NCBI GenBank assembly: GCA_044449785.1
Contig: JBIOII010000002.1
Span: forward strand, 1,141-65,140
DNA length: 64,000 bases
Reading direction: 5' to 3'
From: Candidatus Limnocylindrales bacterium
Lineage (GTDB): Bacteria > Chloroflexota > Limnocylindria > Limnocylindrales > CSP1-4
Below are positions 1 to 8,617 of the stretch, piece after piece (the first letter of the stretch is position 1; each line of letters starts with the position of its first letter). Below the pieces are notes generated by a model that saw only the letters and a program-made list of their open reading frames with translations, did not search any database and was not told the DNA's origin. A program made the position numbers and the translations under genes.

Positions 1-472
1 GCGGAAACATCGGTTGGATCGGCGGCAGCCCCGGGGTCCCGGAAGGCAGCCGCTCGCCGGCCCACAGAGCGTGGAGCTGGTCCATCGCCTTGCTGACCCT
101 GTCCACCGCCTCGGCCGGCGAGTACGGGATCGCCATCTGGCCCAGGCGGAGCGGCAGGCCGGTGCCCAGCGCCATGACGATGCGCTCGGGCAGCAACTCG
201 TCGAGCGCCGACCCGGTCATGGCCAGGACCACGGGATGGCGGGTGTACGGGTTCACCGCACCCAGCGCGACACGGAACGAGCTGTCGGGATCCGTCGACA
301 GAGCGCCTGCTATCGCGGACCCGTAGGTGATCGCGTCCCGCTCGAAATAGGAATCATGGATCCAGATCGAATCGAGACCGGCATCCCGGGCACGCCTGGT
401 CCAATCGATGACGTCCGAGATGTCGCCGCGGGCGGCGATGCCCAGACCGACGGGGCGTGCCAGCGCTCGCAT
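1..472 (-). CDS. LLM-class (luciferase-like) flavin/F420-dependent oxidoreductase, N-terminal part, cut by window edge
   Basis: Own minus-strand translation from the ATG at plus 470-472: MRALARPVGLGIAARGDISDVIDWTRRARDAGLDSIWIHDSYFERDAITYGSAIAG... It stays open to position 1. It is absent from the ORF track because it runs off the window. Same family as 32204-33085. Confidence 0.7.
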   Translation of the reverse strand, partial: MRALARPVGLGIAARGDISDVIDWTRRARDAGLDSIWIHDSYFERDAITYGSAIAGALSTDPDSSFRVALGAVNPYTRHPVVLAMTGSALDELLPERIVMALGTGLPLRLGQMAIPYSPAEAVDRVSKAMDQLHALWAGERLPSGTPGLPPIQPMFP

Positions 473-620
473 GCTTCTCCGTCCCTGTTCCGTGGCGCCG
501 GCTGACCCGACGTCGTGAAGGCGGCGAGTTTGAGGCGCGCCGATATGTTACCGGCTCGCCGATAGATACGGCCGGCGCACGCGGCATGCTCGCGGCCGCG
601 CGATCCAATATGGTTCCGCC

Positions 621-1499
621 ATGCCACTACCGAGCGGTCCCAAACCGTGGTTTGGACTGAGCCAGGAGACCCTTCGCTTCCTGGAGGTCCACCCGGCGCG
701 CGCGGTGTCGATCCCGGGCCGCGGCTGGCGCGATTTCGGCGATGCCGTGATGCTCTTCTCAGGTGTCGAGAAGGAGCCGTACTTCAACCGGCTGACCGCA
801 GTCCGCTGGCCTGAGGAACCGCGGGCGTTCGATCTGCGGCTGCGACAGGCGATAGATCTCTTCAGCGCGCTCGGGCGCAAGCCGTATCTGTGGGCCATAC
901 CCGGGCTGAGCACGCCGACCGACCTCGTCGCGCGCCTCGCTGCGAACGGTTTTGTCGATCAGGGCGGAGGCTTTGACATGATCCTCTGCCACGACCCCAC
1001 CGAGCTCCCCGACCCGTTGCTCCCGCAGGGGGCCGTTCTCGAACGCTGGAACGACCCGTCCGATGCGGATCGCCCGGCACTGGCTTCGGCGCTGGCGCGC
1101 GTCATCGGCGAGTCGTTCGGCATTGCGGATGGCCGCCGGGCAAACCTGGCGACCGAGATAGACCTGACACTCCAGCAGCCGTTCTTCCACGCCTATCTGG
1201 TGCGCATCGACGGCGAACCCGTGGCAACGGGCGAACGCTTCACGTTCGATGGCGCGAGCTATGTCTCGTCCATCGGGACTCGGCCGGCCTGGCGTGGTCG
1301 CGGGCTCGGCAGGCTGATAACCCTGGCGTTGGCTCGCGATTCGATCGCGGGCGGCGTCGACCTCGTTTATCTCGGTGTCTACGCCGAGAATGCTCGGGCC
1401 ATGCGCCTGTACGATCAACTCGGTTTCGAGGTGCTTGGGCCAAGATCGTCCGACATGCTGCTCGCGGGCCCGGCTGACACTCGGGCATCCGCCCCGTGA
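621..1499 (+). CDS. GNAT family N-acetyltransferase
   Basis: The C-terminal half carries the acetyl-CoA binding motif RGRGLGRLITLALARD followed by VYAENARAMRLYDQLGFEV, typical of GNAT motif A/B. Confidence 0.8.
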   Translation: MPLPSGPKPWFGLSQETLRFLEVHPARAVSIPGRGWRDFGDAVMLFSGVEKEPYFNRLTAVRWPEEPRAFDLRLRQAIDLFSALGRKPYLWAIPGLSTPTDLVARLAANGFVDQGGGFDMILCHDPTELPDPLLPQGAVLERWNDPSDADRPALASALARVIGESFGIADGRRANLATEIDLTLQQPFFHAYLVRIDGEPVATGERFTFDGASYVSSIGTRPAWRGRGLGRLITLALARDSIAGGVDLVYLGVYAENARAMRLYDQLGFEVLGPRSSDMLLAGPADTRASAP

Positions 1500-1627
1500 C
1501 TGCCGGTCGTTCAGCCGGCCGAAGCCCGATCATCCGCAAGGCGGACGACCGTCGTGGCGAGGGCCGCGAGAATCACGAAATCGCCGGCCCGAGCTGTGAC
1601 CGGCGCAAAGCACAGCCAGGGTGAGAG

Positions 1628-2557
1628 ATGACGCAAAGCGGCGAGCCCGTCATCCGCGTATCCGACCTGAAGAAGTTCTACGGCGACGTGAAAGCCGTGG
1701 ACGGGGTGAGCTTCGAGGTCGCGCGGGGCGAGGTGTTCGGAATGCTGGGCCCGAACGGCGCCGGCAAGACCACCACGATCGAGGTCCTCGAGGGCCTGCG
1801 CGGCCCCGACTCGGGGAAGGCCGAGGTTTTCGGGCTCGATGTCACCCGTCACTCCAACGCAGTCAAGCAGCGCATCGGCGTCCAGCTCCAAAGCGTTTCG
1901 CTGTACCCGAGGCTTACGGTAAGGGAACTGCTCGATCTCTTCGGCAGCTTCTTCCACAAACACGTGCCCACCCAGCAGTTGATCGACGCCGTTGACCTCG
2001 GGGAGCGGGCCGGGGCACGATCCATGAACCTGTCCGGCGGACAGCAGCAGCGCCTGTCGATCGCGCTTGCCCTGGTCAACGACCCCGAGCTCGTCTTCCT
2101 GGATGAGCCGACGACGGGGCTCGACCCACAGGCTCGGCGTTCGCTGTGGGACCTCGTGAAGGGTCTCCAAGCGAAGGGCAAGTCCGTGATGCTGACCACA
2201 CACTACATGGAGGAAGCCACCGAGCTATGTGACCGGGTGGCCATCATGGACCACGGCCACATCCTCGAGATGGGCACGGTGCCCGAGTTGATCGGTCGGC
2301 GCTTCAAGGAGCGCGCCGTCTTCTTCGACACCTCGGCAAGTCTCCCGACCGAGAAGCTCGCCCGACTCGGCGGCGTGACGAGAGCCGCGCAGGAGGACGG
2401 CCAGACGGTGCTGTACTCGAAGGACGTGCCGGACACGATCGGAGGCCTGCTCGCAATGGCCGACGACCTCAAGTTCGAGCCGCACAACCTGGGCATTCGG
2501 TCTGCCACGCTCGAAGACGTCTTCCTCGACCTGACCGGTCGAGCGCTGCGCGATTAG
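1628..2557 (+). CDS. ABC transporter ATP-binding protein (ABC-2/DrrA-like)
   Basis: Walker A GPNGAGKTT, signature LSGGQQQRL, Walker B LVFLDEPTTGLD. It is followed 10 nt later by the permease gene. Confidence 0.95.
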   Translation: MTQSGEPVIRVSDLKKFYGDVKAVDGVSFEVARGEVFGMLGPNGAGKTTTIEVLEGLRGPDSGKAEVFGLDVTRHSNAVKQRIGVQLQSVSLYPRLTVRELLDLFGSFFHKHVPTQQLIDAVDLGERAGARSMNLSGGQQQRLSIALALVNDPELVFLDEPTTGLDPQARRSLWDLVKGLQAKGKSVMLTTHYMEEATELCDRVAIMDHGHILEMGTVPELIGRRFKERAVFFDTSASLPTEKLARLGGVTRAAQEDGQTVLYSKDVPDTIGGLLAMADDLKFEPHNLGIRSATLEDVFLDLTGRALRD

Positions 2558-2567
2558 GAGCCGAACG

Positions 2568-3674
2568 ATGAAAACGCTCCTCGGCCTTACGGTCGCGAAC
2601 GTCAAGAGCTTCACCCGGGATCGCTCCGCGCTCTTCTGGACCTTCTTCTTCCCGGTCATGTTCGTGCTGCTGTTCGGGGTGCTCTTCTCGGGCAGTGGCG
2701 ACAGCAAGGTAACGGTCGGTTTCGTAGACCTTGACGGGACGGGCACATCGGCTGCCCTGCGAGCTCAAATCGTCGCCAACGTGCCCATCCTGACGCTTAA
2801 CGACGGGACGCTCGACGAAGAGAAGGCGGCCATGCAAAAGGGCGACGTCTCGGCCATCATCGTCATCCCGAAGGGCTTGCAGGACGCGGTCGTGAGCACG
2901 AAGGCCGGGCATCCGGCCTCGGTGGCAGTCCAGCTGTACACCGATCCGGCACAGACTCAGACGTCGCAGGTCGTCCAGAACGCGGTCAGCCAGATCGCCA
3001 ACGGCTTCAGCCTCGGGGTCGTCTCTCCGAACAGGGCGGCCGTTCTTACTGTCGGCGAGCTGACGCTGAGCTCCACCAACATCTCGACGGTCACCTATCT
3101 CGTGCCGAGCATCCTCGCCATGGCCCTGATGCAGCTGGGGGTGTTCGCGGCCGTCCCGCTCGTCCAGCAGCGCGAGAAGGGGATCCTCAAGCGCATCGGC
3201 GCCACGCCGCTCGAGCGTTGGAAGCTCGTCGCGAGCAACATCCTGCTGCGGCTCATTATCGCCGCCCTCGACACGGTCCTCATAATCGGCGTCGGCATAG
3301 CCGTCTTCCACATCGATATCGTCGGTAACCTGGCTGCGGCCGCCGGACTCGTCTTCCTCGGAGCCGGAGCCTTCCTGGCCCTGGGCTTCATGCTGGCGTC
3401 GTTCCTCAAGACCGAGGAACAGGCCACCGGCGTCGTCCAGGTGGTTCAGATGCCCCTGATGTTCCTCTCCGGCATCTTCTTCCCATTCGACTTCATGCCG
3501 GACTTTCTGAGAACCGTGGCGCGGTTCCTGCCGCTCACGTATCTGGGGGACGGCCTGCGCCAGACGATGGTGAACGGCACGCAGGTCGCGCCGCTGGGCG
3601 TGGACGTCGTGATCCTCGCGGGCTGGCTCGTGGTCTGTCTCGCGATCGCCGCACGCTCGTTCCGCTGGGAGTAG
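2568..3674 (+). CDS. ABC-2 type transporter permease
   Basis: 368 aa. One N-terminal TM segment, a large loop, then 5 C-terminal TM segments, which is the ABC-2 architecture. Adjacent to the ATPase. Confidence 0.9.
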   Translation: MKTLLGLTVANVKSFTRDRSALFWTFFFPVMFVLLFGVLFSGSGDSKVTVGFVDLDGTGTSAALRAQIVANVPILTLNDGTLDEEKAAMQKGDVSAIIVIPKGLQDAVVSTKAGHPASVAVQLYTDPAQTQTSQVVQNAVSQIANGFSLGVVSPNRAAVLTVGELTLSSTNISTVTYLVPSILAMALMQLGVFAAVPLVQQREKGILKRIGATPLERWKLVASNILLRLIIAALDTVLIIGVGIAVFHIDIVGNLAAAAGLVFLGAGAFLALGFMLASFLKTEEQATGVVQVVQMPLMFLSGIFFPFDFMPDFLRTVARFLPLTYLGDGLRQTMVNGTQVAPLGVDVVILAGWLVVCLAIAARSFRWE

Positions 3675-3762
3675 ACCGGCCGATCCTGGTTCCCCATCGG
3701 CCGCCCGGTTCGCCCGGTTCGCCCGGCGCGGCCGAACTCTTTGGCGAAGCGCGCGGTCGACG

Positions 3763-4284
3763 CTACCAGCGTTCGTAGTGGGCGATCGCCTCGAGCGGCT
3801 TCCGCCCGCCAGCACGCTTGGCCCAGGTCAGCGCCTCGGGCTTGAGGGGGTAGCCGAATGAGAGCAGGAACTCACACCAGTGGTCGGCCGGGTAGCCGAG
3901 CAGTTCCCGGGCCAGCGGCTGGTTGTAGACGGTGGCGGGAACGCTGCCGATGCCGAGCTCCCAGGCGGCGAGCGTCATGTTCTGGGCCGCCCGGCCAAGG
4001 TCCCACATGATCGAGTACGGGGCGTCGTGCGTGGCCGGATCGGGCACGACCAGCGCCACGGCCGCGGCGGCGCCGGCGACGTGGCCGGCGTACGGACCCA
4101 CCTCCGCGAGCCGGCCCAGATGGTCGCGGTCAACGCAGACGATGAAGTCCCAGTGCTGCTGGTTCTTCGAGCTGCCCGATCGCCGTCCCGCGTTGAGGAT
4201 CCGTAGCAGGTGTTCGGGCTGGAGCGGCCGGTCGGTGAACTTCCGGATCGCTCGGGTCGTGTCGATTGCCTCCCAGGTGTCCAT
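3763..4284 (-). CDS. nitroreductase family protein
   Basis: The N-terminus TRAIRKFTDRPLQPEHLLRILNAGRRSGSSKNQQHW matches the nitroreductase-fold signature (R-x-F, S-x-x-N-x-Q-x-W). Confidence 0.8.
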   Translation of the reverse strand: MDTWEAIDTTRAIRKFTDRPLQPEHLLRILNAGRRSGSSKNQQHWDFIVCVDRDHLGRLAEVGPYAGHVAGAAAAVALVVPDPATHDAPYSIMWDLGRAAQNMTLAAWELGIGSVPATVYNQPLARELLGYPADHWCEFLLSFGYPLKPEALTWAKRAGGRKPLEAIAHYERW

Positions 4285-4358
4285 CGATGTCTCCGTGTGG
4301 CGAGCTGCTTGCGGCGGCGATGCACGACGCGTGGACGGCTCACCGGGCCGCCGGTTGG

Positions 4359-5450
4359 TCAGGGAAGGGCGGCGCCCGGGTCGGCCGAAGGCGTCTTGCC
4401 GGCCAGCGCTCCAAAACCGTAAACGGCGTCCGGCGGGCGTTTCACGATAGTTTCGGCGGCACGGGCCCCGGCCGCCTCCGGCGAGACGCTGCCACCCAGC
4501 CAGGTCGCGAAGAACACGGCAGTCCGGCGCCGGAAGCCCGCGTCCTCGTACAGCCAGCGGTGTCCATAATCCGGGAGCACGAGCGTCTCCACAGCAGGAT
4601 CGCCGTCCGAGCGCTGGTCGGCCGCGGCTCGGCCGATCAGCTCGAGATGCTCCACCGGCACCCCGTGGTCCTGGGCCCCGTGGATCAGCAGCAGCGGCCC
4701 GCGATACCTGGCCGCGGCATCAATCGCGCTGGCATCGTTGAGCGAGTGCCGGCGGGGAGTGAGCAGGACTATGGCCGTGATCCATGCCAGCGGTGTCGCG
4801 ATGGGCTCGGGAATGTTCATCTCGGCGATGTCGAAAGTCTTGCGCGTCATACGCACCAGGTCGGCGGGGGCGGAGAGACTGACGACGGCGCGGATCAAGG
4901 GCTCACGCGAGGCGGCCACGAGGGCGCCCGCGGCGCCCATCGAATGGCCCAGCACGCCGACGGTGGAAACGTCCGATCTGGCGGCCAGCCACCGGGCCGC
5001 CGCGGCCGTGTCATCGGCGAATTCGGGCACATTGACCGGCAGCGTCTCCGGCGGGTTGTCGCCGTGGCCGCGCACGTCGAAGACCAGGCAGTGGAAACCC
5101 GCGGCCTGGAGATATCGGACGTGGGCGAACGTTCGACCGCGGTTCGATTCCCAGCCGTGGACGACGGCGATCGCCGGCCGACGCTCGATCGATGAAGCGG
5201 ACCCGGTCTCCGGACCGGCCGCGGCGACGAACCAGCCGCGGAGCTCGTGGTCCCCGGCGGGCACGGAGACGTCCTCGAATGCCAGACCGAACTCGGCGGG
5301 CGACGTGTCCACCGAGCTGCGCCGCGGTAGACCGACTCGCTCGCGGTAGCGAAGGGCGAACCTGTATGCCGCAGCCAGCGCGGTAACGCCGCCGACGAGA
5401 ACGAACAGTCGAAGCCATCGAGATCGGTGGGAGCGTTTGGGTCGAGACAT
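4359..5450 (-). CDS. alpha/beta hydrolase, membrane-anchored
   Basis: Nucleophile elbow GHSMGA, with a downstream Asp/His region (HGAQDHGVP, YGHRW). Start moved to MSRPKRSHRSRWLRLFVLVGG (TM anchor, ATG at 5450). The 80 codons upstream in the ORF track are Arg/Gly-rich and look non-coding. Confidence 0.8.
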   Translation of the reverse strand: MSRPKRSHRSRWLRLFVLVGGVTALAAAYRFALRYRERVGLPRRSSVDTSPAEFGLAFEDVSVPAGDHELRGWFVAAAGPETGSASSIERRPAIAVVHGWESNRGRTFAHVRYLQAAGFHCLVFDVRGHGDNPPETLPVNVPEFADDTAAAARWLAARSDVSTVGVLGHSMGAAGALVAASREPLIRAVVSLSAPADLVRMTRKTFDIAEMNIPEPIATPLAWITAIVLLTPRRHSLNDASAIDAAARYRGPLLLIHGAQDHGVPVEHLELIGRAAADQRSDGDPAVETLVLPDYGHRWLYEDAGFRRRTAVFFATWLGGSVSPEAAGARAAETIVKRPPDAVYGFGALAGKTPSADPGAALP

Positions 5451-5594
5451 GAGGGTAGGGGACGCCACGCGGGCCGGACTGTCAAGAGCAAGGCCGCGGC
5501 CGCCGCCGGCGCCGGGCGCCGACCCGCGGCCGCGGCCCATCTTGCCGCGGGCCGGCCGGACCGGGCGGGCCTGCCGGACGGGTAGACTGGTGGG

Positions 5595-6341
5595 ATGCCG
5601 CGAAACCCTTTCGTCGTACTCGGGCTGGCCCCGGACGCGACCATGGAATCGATCAAGGTGGCGTGGCGGCGCCTCGCAAGACAGCACCATCCGGACGTCA
5701 CGAGCGGCGACCCGGCCGTGGAGCGGCGCGCCAATCGCACCATGGCCGAGATCAACGCCGCGTATCAGGAGCTACGCGATCCGGAGAAGCGGCGTGTCTA
5801 TCGGGATGCTGCCGCGAGAGCCGCGCATGAAGGCAACGGCGGCGTGCCCGGCAACGGCAGGGCTGGCGGCGCAACCGACCGCGCTCCCGGCCCCTCGGGA
5901 TGGGTTTCGAGGCCGGGCTCGGTCCGGCCGGTGACCGCCCGGATCGACATGAGCGCCCTGCTTCGGCCGCGCAACGCCACGCTGCGGCCGCTCGACCACA
6001 GTCCACTTCCCGGGTTGCCGCCGCGGCCGCGCTCGATCGAGGGGCACGAGCCGCCGCGCGCATCGACCCCTACCGGCCCGATGCACCGGCGTCGCGGCCC
6101 AAACATGGAGGCCGATCTACCGGCCCTGCCCGAGGCTCTTAACACGCGGCTGAGGTTCGGGAAGTTCGCCGGGCTGACGCTCGGCGAGGTTGCGGCGATC
6201 GAGCCGTCCTATGTCGATTGGATCGTCCGGACGATCGACAGGGACCCCGAGATCAGCCTTGCGGCGCGGGTCGTGCTGCGATTCCTGACCTCAGGCCCGG
6301 TTCGGCGTCCGCGCCTGGACACAATCTTCCCGAGGGGCTGA
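5595..6341 (+). CDS. J-domain (DnaJ-like) protein with C-terminal FGKFAG...YVDW motif
   Basis: J domain NPFVVLGLAPDATMESIKVAWRRLARQHHPDV with the HPD tripeptide. Pro-rich linker. C-terminal LRFGKFAGLTLGEVAAIEPSYVDWIVRT. A paralog lies at 31588-32097. Confidence 0.8.
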   Translation: MPRNPFVVLGLAPDATMESIKVAWRRLARQHHPDVTSGDPAVERRANRTMAEINAAYQELRDPEKRRVYRDAAARAAHEGNGGVPGNGRAGGATDRAPGPSGWVSRPGSVRPVTARIDMSALLRPRNATLRPLDHSPLPGLPPRPRSIEGHEPPRASTPTGPMHRRRGPNMEADLPALPEALNTRLRFGKFAGLTLGEVAAIEPSYVDWIVRTIDRDPEISLAARVVLRFLTSGPVRRPRLDTIFPRG

Positions 6342-6741
6342 GCTCTCCAGGGAATCGGAACGGCTCGCCCGGCATTCGAGCGAGCCGCTCCACCCCATGG
6401 CGAAGGATGAGACCGAGCCGCCGACCAAGAGCCCCATGCCGGCCGACAATCATGGTTGCTCGGGTCGTGATCGGGCCCGGCGGCCTCCTCGTACGAAACG
6501 CGGTTCGTCTCAAGAGCGGAGGTCGCGACTGACCTGATCCGTGTCCGACGCCTCTGGCACCCTCGGTGCACCTCGGCGGCCGACTACCAAGCTAGTCGGC
6601 CGCGGCCGAAGTTATCAATGGCACCTACGATCCCGGCCCGACGGCCCGTAAGTACGGCGCATCCTGGCACCGCTTCGCGCCGAGCACGATCGTTCGCGTG
6701 CCGTCCGCGCCACCCGCGCCGCGGCGCGTTACCATCGATCC

Positions 6742-7230
6742 ATGTATGCCGACGGGCTGTCCTTCCTCGACGAAGAGCGCGATGCGTGGCGGCCTTTCGA
6801 GGCCTTGCTGGCCCTGCCGGACGCCCAGCTGGAGCAACCGCTGGCCGGCGCCCACGGCTGGACCGGTCGCGATCTGATGGCGCACCTGGGGGTTTGGATC
6901 GAGTGGTGGCTGAACATCGCCCGCGAACTGGCGGTCGGTCCGAAGAGCCCGGCCTTCGACGCGCTGAGCGCCATCGGCAGGGAGTGGCAGGATCGGGGAG
7001 ACGAGCTCAACGCCCGCTACCAGGCTGAGTGGGCGGCGCTGCCGATCGCCGAGGTTCGGCGGCGCTTCTCGACGCTGCCGGGCGAGCTACGCGGTTACCT
7101 GACCGTAGTGCCGGAAGCGCGCTGGCTCAAGGACTCTCAGCATCTCAAGTCGCTGCTCGCCAATACCACGGAGCATTACGCGGATCACGAGGCGGACCTG
7201 CGGGCCGTTCTCGATCGGGCCGCAATTTGA
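6742..7230 (+). CDS. DinB/MDMPI_N-like four-helix-bundle protein
   Basis: GWTGRDLMAHLGVW and the C-terminal TTEHYADHEADL resemble DinB_2/mycothiol-maleylpyruvate-isomerase N-terminal domain proteins. Family assignment is from memory only. Confidence 0.55.
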   Translation: MYADGLSFLDEERDAWRPFEALLALPDAQLEQPLAGAHGWTGRDLMAHLGVWIEWWLNIARELAVGPKSPAFDALSAIGREWQDRGDELNARYQAEWAALPIAEVRRRFSTLPGELRGYLTVVPEARWLKDSQHLKSLLANTTEHYADHEADLRAVLDRAAI

Positions 7231-7321
7231 ACGGCATGGCGTCGGGCCGCGAGCTGACGTGATGCGTCTGCCCGTCGAAAGTACTCCGGAGTAATCGTCG
7301 CCGCAGACGAGGATAGGCCAA

Positions 7322-7687
7322 ATGACCGATAACCACGGTCCAAACGGCAAGGCGGCGACCGAAACCGCGGCCGAGTCGATGGATCGGCTGGCTGCCGAGC
7401 TTGATGGCGTCCGGCGGACTCACGAAGGCGGCGCCGTCCGATACGCTCGGGGTGGCGTCGTGTTCGCGGCCCGGGAGGGCGGCCGCCTCAGTTTCCGACT
7501 CCGCCCCGAGGTCGTGGAGGCCGCGCTGAGAACGCCCGACACGTCGCTCTCCGCTCGCGGATTGCAATGGATCACGCTATCGCCCACGGTCGAGGATTCA
7601 TTCACGTTGGACCGGGCCGCCGCCTGGTTCGAAAGCGCCTGGCGCCTGGCGGGAGAATCGAGTGCCGGCGGTGCGCCGCTTCACTGA
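7322..7687 (+). CDS. hypothetical protein
   Basis: 121-aa ORF with coding-like composition. No motif recognised. Confidence 0.45.
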   Translation: MTDNHGPNGKAATETAAESMDRLAAELDGVRRTHEGGAVRYARGGVVFAAREGGRLSFRLRPEVVEAALRTPDTSLSARGLQWITLSPTVEDSFTLDRAAAWFESAWRLAGESSAGGAPLH

Positions 7688-7728
7688 TAGCACGGCCGAC
7701 CGTCCTCATCGCGTCGCCCGTGCGTAGC

Positions 7729-7762
7729 ACGACCCCGGCCTGAGGGGGGAGGCCGGGGTCGT
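7729..7762. terminator. 12-bp perfect GC hairpin between convergent genes (possible bidirectional terminator)
   Basis: ACGACCCCGGCC-tgagggggga-GGCCGGGGTCGT lies between the stop of 7322-7687 (+) and the stop of trxA (-). There is no U-tract on either side. Confidence 0.45.
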
Positions 7763-7819
7763 AAGGCCGGAGCCAAGGGGGAGGCTCCGTTGGATATTCG
7801 ATTGAGTGCGAGCTGGCGC

Positions 7820-8161
7820 TCAGCTGACTGGCTTAGCGTACTGCGAGAGCCCGAACCTCGCCTCGAACTGCTCGGCGGGCATCGCCCCGACAACTGCCAT
7901 TGGCTGCTGGCCGGGGCGGAAGAAGGCGATGGTAGGGAGGGTCATTATCTGGAGGGCCTGCGAGACTCCCGGGTTCGCATCGACGTCCATCTTTACGACG
8001 TCTATCGACCCGGAGTATTTCTCGGCGATCCGCTCTAGCTCGGGCGCGACCATGCGGCACGGTCCGCACCACGATGCCCAGAAGTCGACGATGATCGGCC
8101 GTGCTGCGTTCAGTACGACCTCCTCGAACGTCTCGTCCGTGACTGCTTTGACTTCGGCCAC
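7820..8161 (-). CDS. trxA: thioredoxin
   Basis: Active site WASWCGPCR, 113 aa, typical TrxA length and layout. Confidence 0.95.
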   Translation of the reverse strand: MAEVKAVTDETFEEVVLNAARPIIVDFWASWCGPCRMVAPELERIAEKYSGSIDVVKMDVDANPGVSQALQIMTLPTIAFFRPGQQPMAVVGAMPAEQFEARFGLSQYAKPVS

Positions 8162-8206
8162 CTGGTGATGGTCCTTTCTACCTGACGGTCTTGACCGGCT
8201 CGAGTT

Positions 8207-8500
8207 TCAGCCAGCTATTGATTGGAGCAGCCGACACGCTTCGAGGATCCGGGGATCCGCGAGGCGATAGTAGATCGCATTGCCGTCCCGGCGGGTGAGC
8301 ACGAGGCCCGAATTCCGCAGGACCGCAAGGTGCTGGCTCATGTTCGGAACGTGGCATCCAACCCGGTCGGAAAGCTCGTGTACCGAAAGCTCGCCGTCGG
8401 CGAGCGACTGGAGAACGCACAGGCGCTTGGCATCGCCGAGGGCACGTGCCACCGCCGCACTTCGCTGCCTGACAATCTCCATGTCGCCAACTTCGAGCAT
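8207..8500 (-). CDS. ArsR/SmtB family transcriptional regulator
   Basis: Only the last 97 codons of track ORF 8207-9601 look real: LGDAKRLCVLQSLADGELSVHELSDRVGCHVPNMSQHLAVLRNSGLVLTRRDGNAIYYRL (wHTH). It lies directly upstream of trxA on the same strand. Confidence 0.88.
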   Translation of the reverse strand: MLEVGDMEIVRQRSAAVARALGDAKRLCVLQSLADGELSVHELSDRVGCHVPNMSQHLAVLRNSGLVLTRRDGNAIYYRLADPRILEACRLLQSIAG

Positions 8501-8617
8501 GCCCGAACCATACAACAGCTTGCGCAAAGACGCAAGCAGGTTGCAGGGAGTCGGTCGACCCGGATCCGGCGCTGCGTCGGGCCCGACGAGATAGACAGTT
8601 TTGGCTACGATGACCGC

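Noticed and set aside
2469-3815. 448-aa minus-strand ORF antisense to the ABC-2 permease. The same pattern appears at many loci: 9417-10664 (-), 18852-21374 (+), 26127-27113 (-), 29235-30290 (-), 35639-36955 (-), 37844-39451 (-), 43329-44639 (+), 46893-48193 (-), 58120-59733 (+) and 63120-63980 (-).
   Set aside because: These are Arg/Gly/Pro/Asp-rich shadow ORFs typical of high-GC DNA. Each overlaps a gene with clear family motifs on the other strand, and none has a recognisable motif of its own.
5451-5690. N-terminal 80-codon extension of the alpha/beta hydrolase ORF.
   Set aside because: The extension is Arg/Gly/Pro-rich. An internal ATG at 5450 gives a typical basic-then-hydrophobic membrane anchor start.
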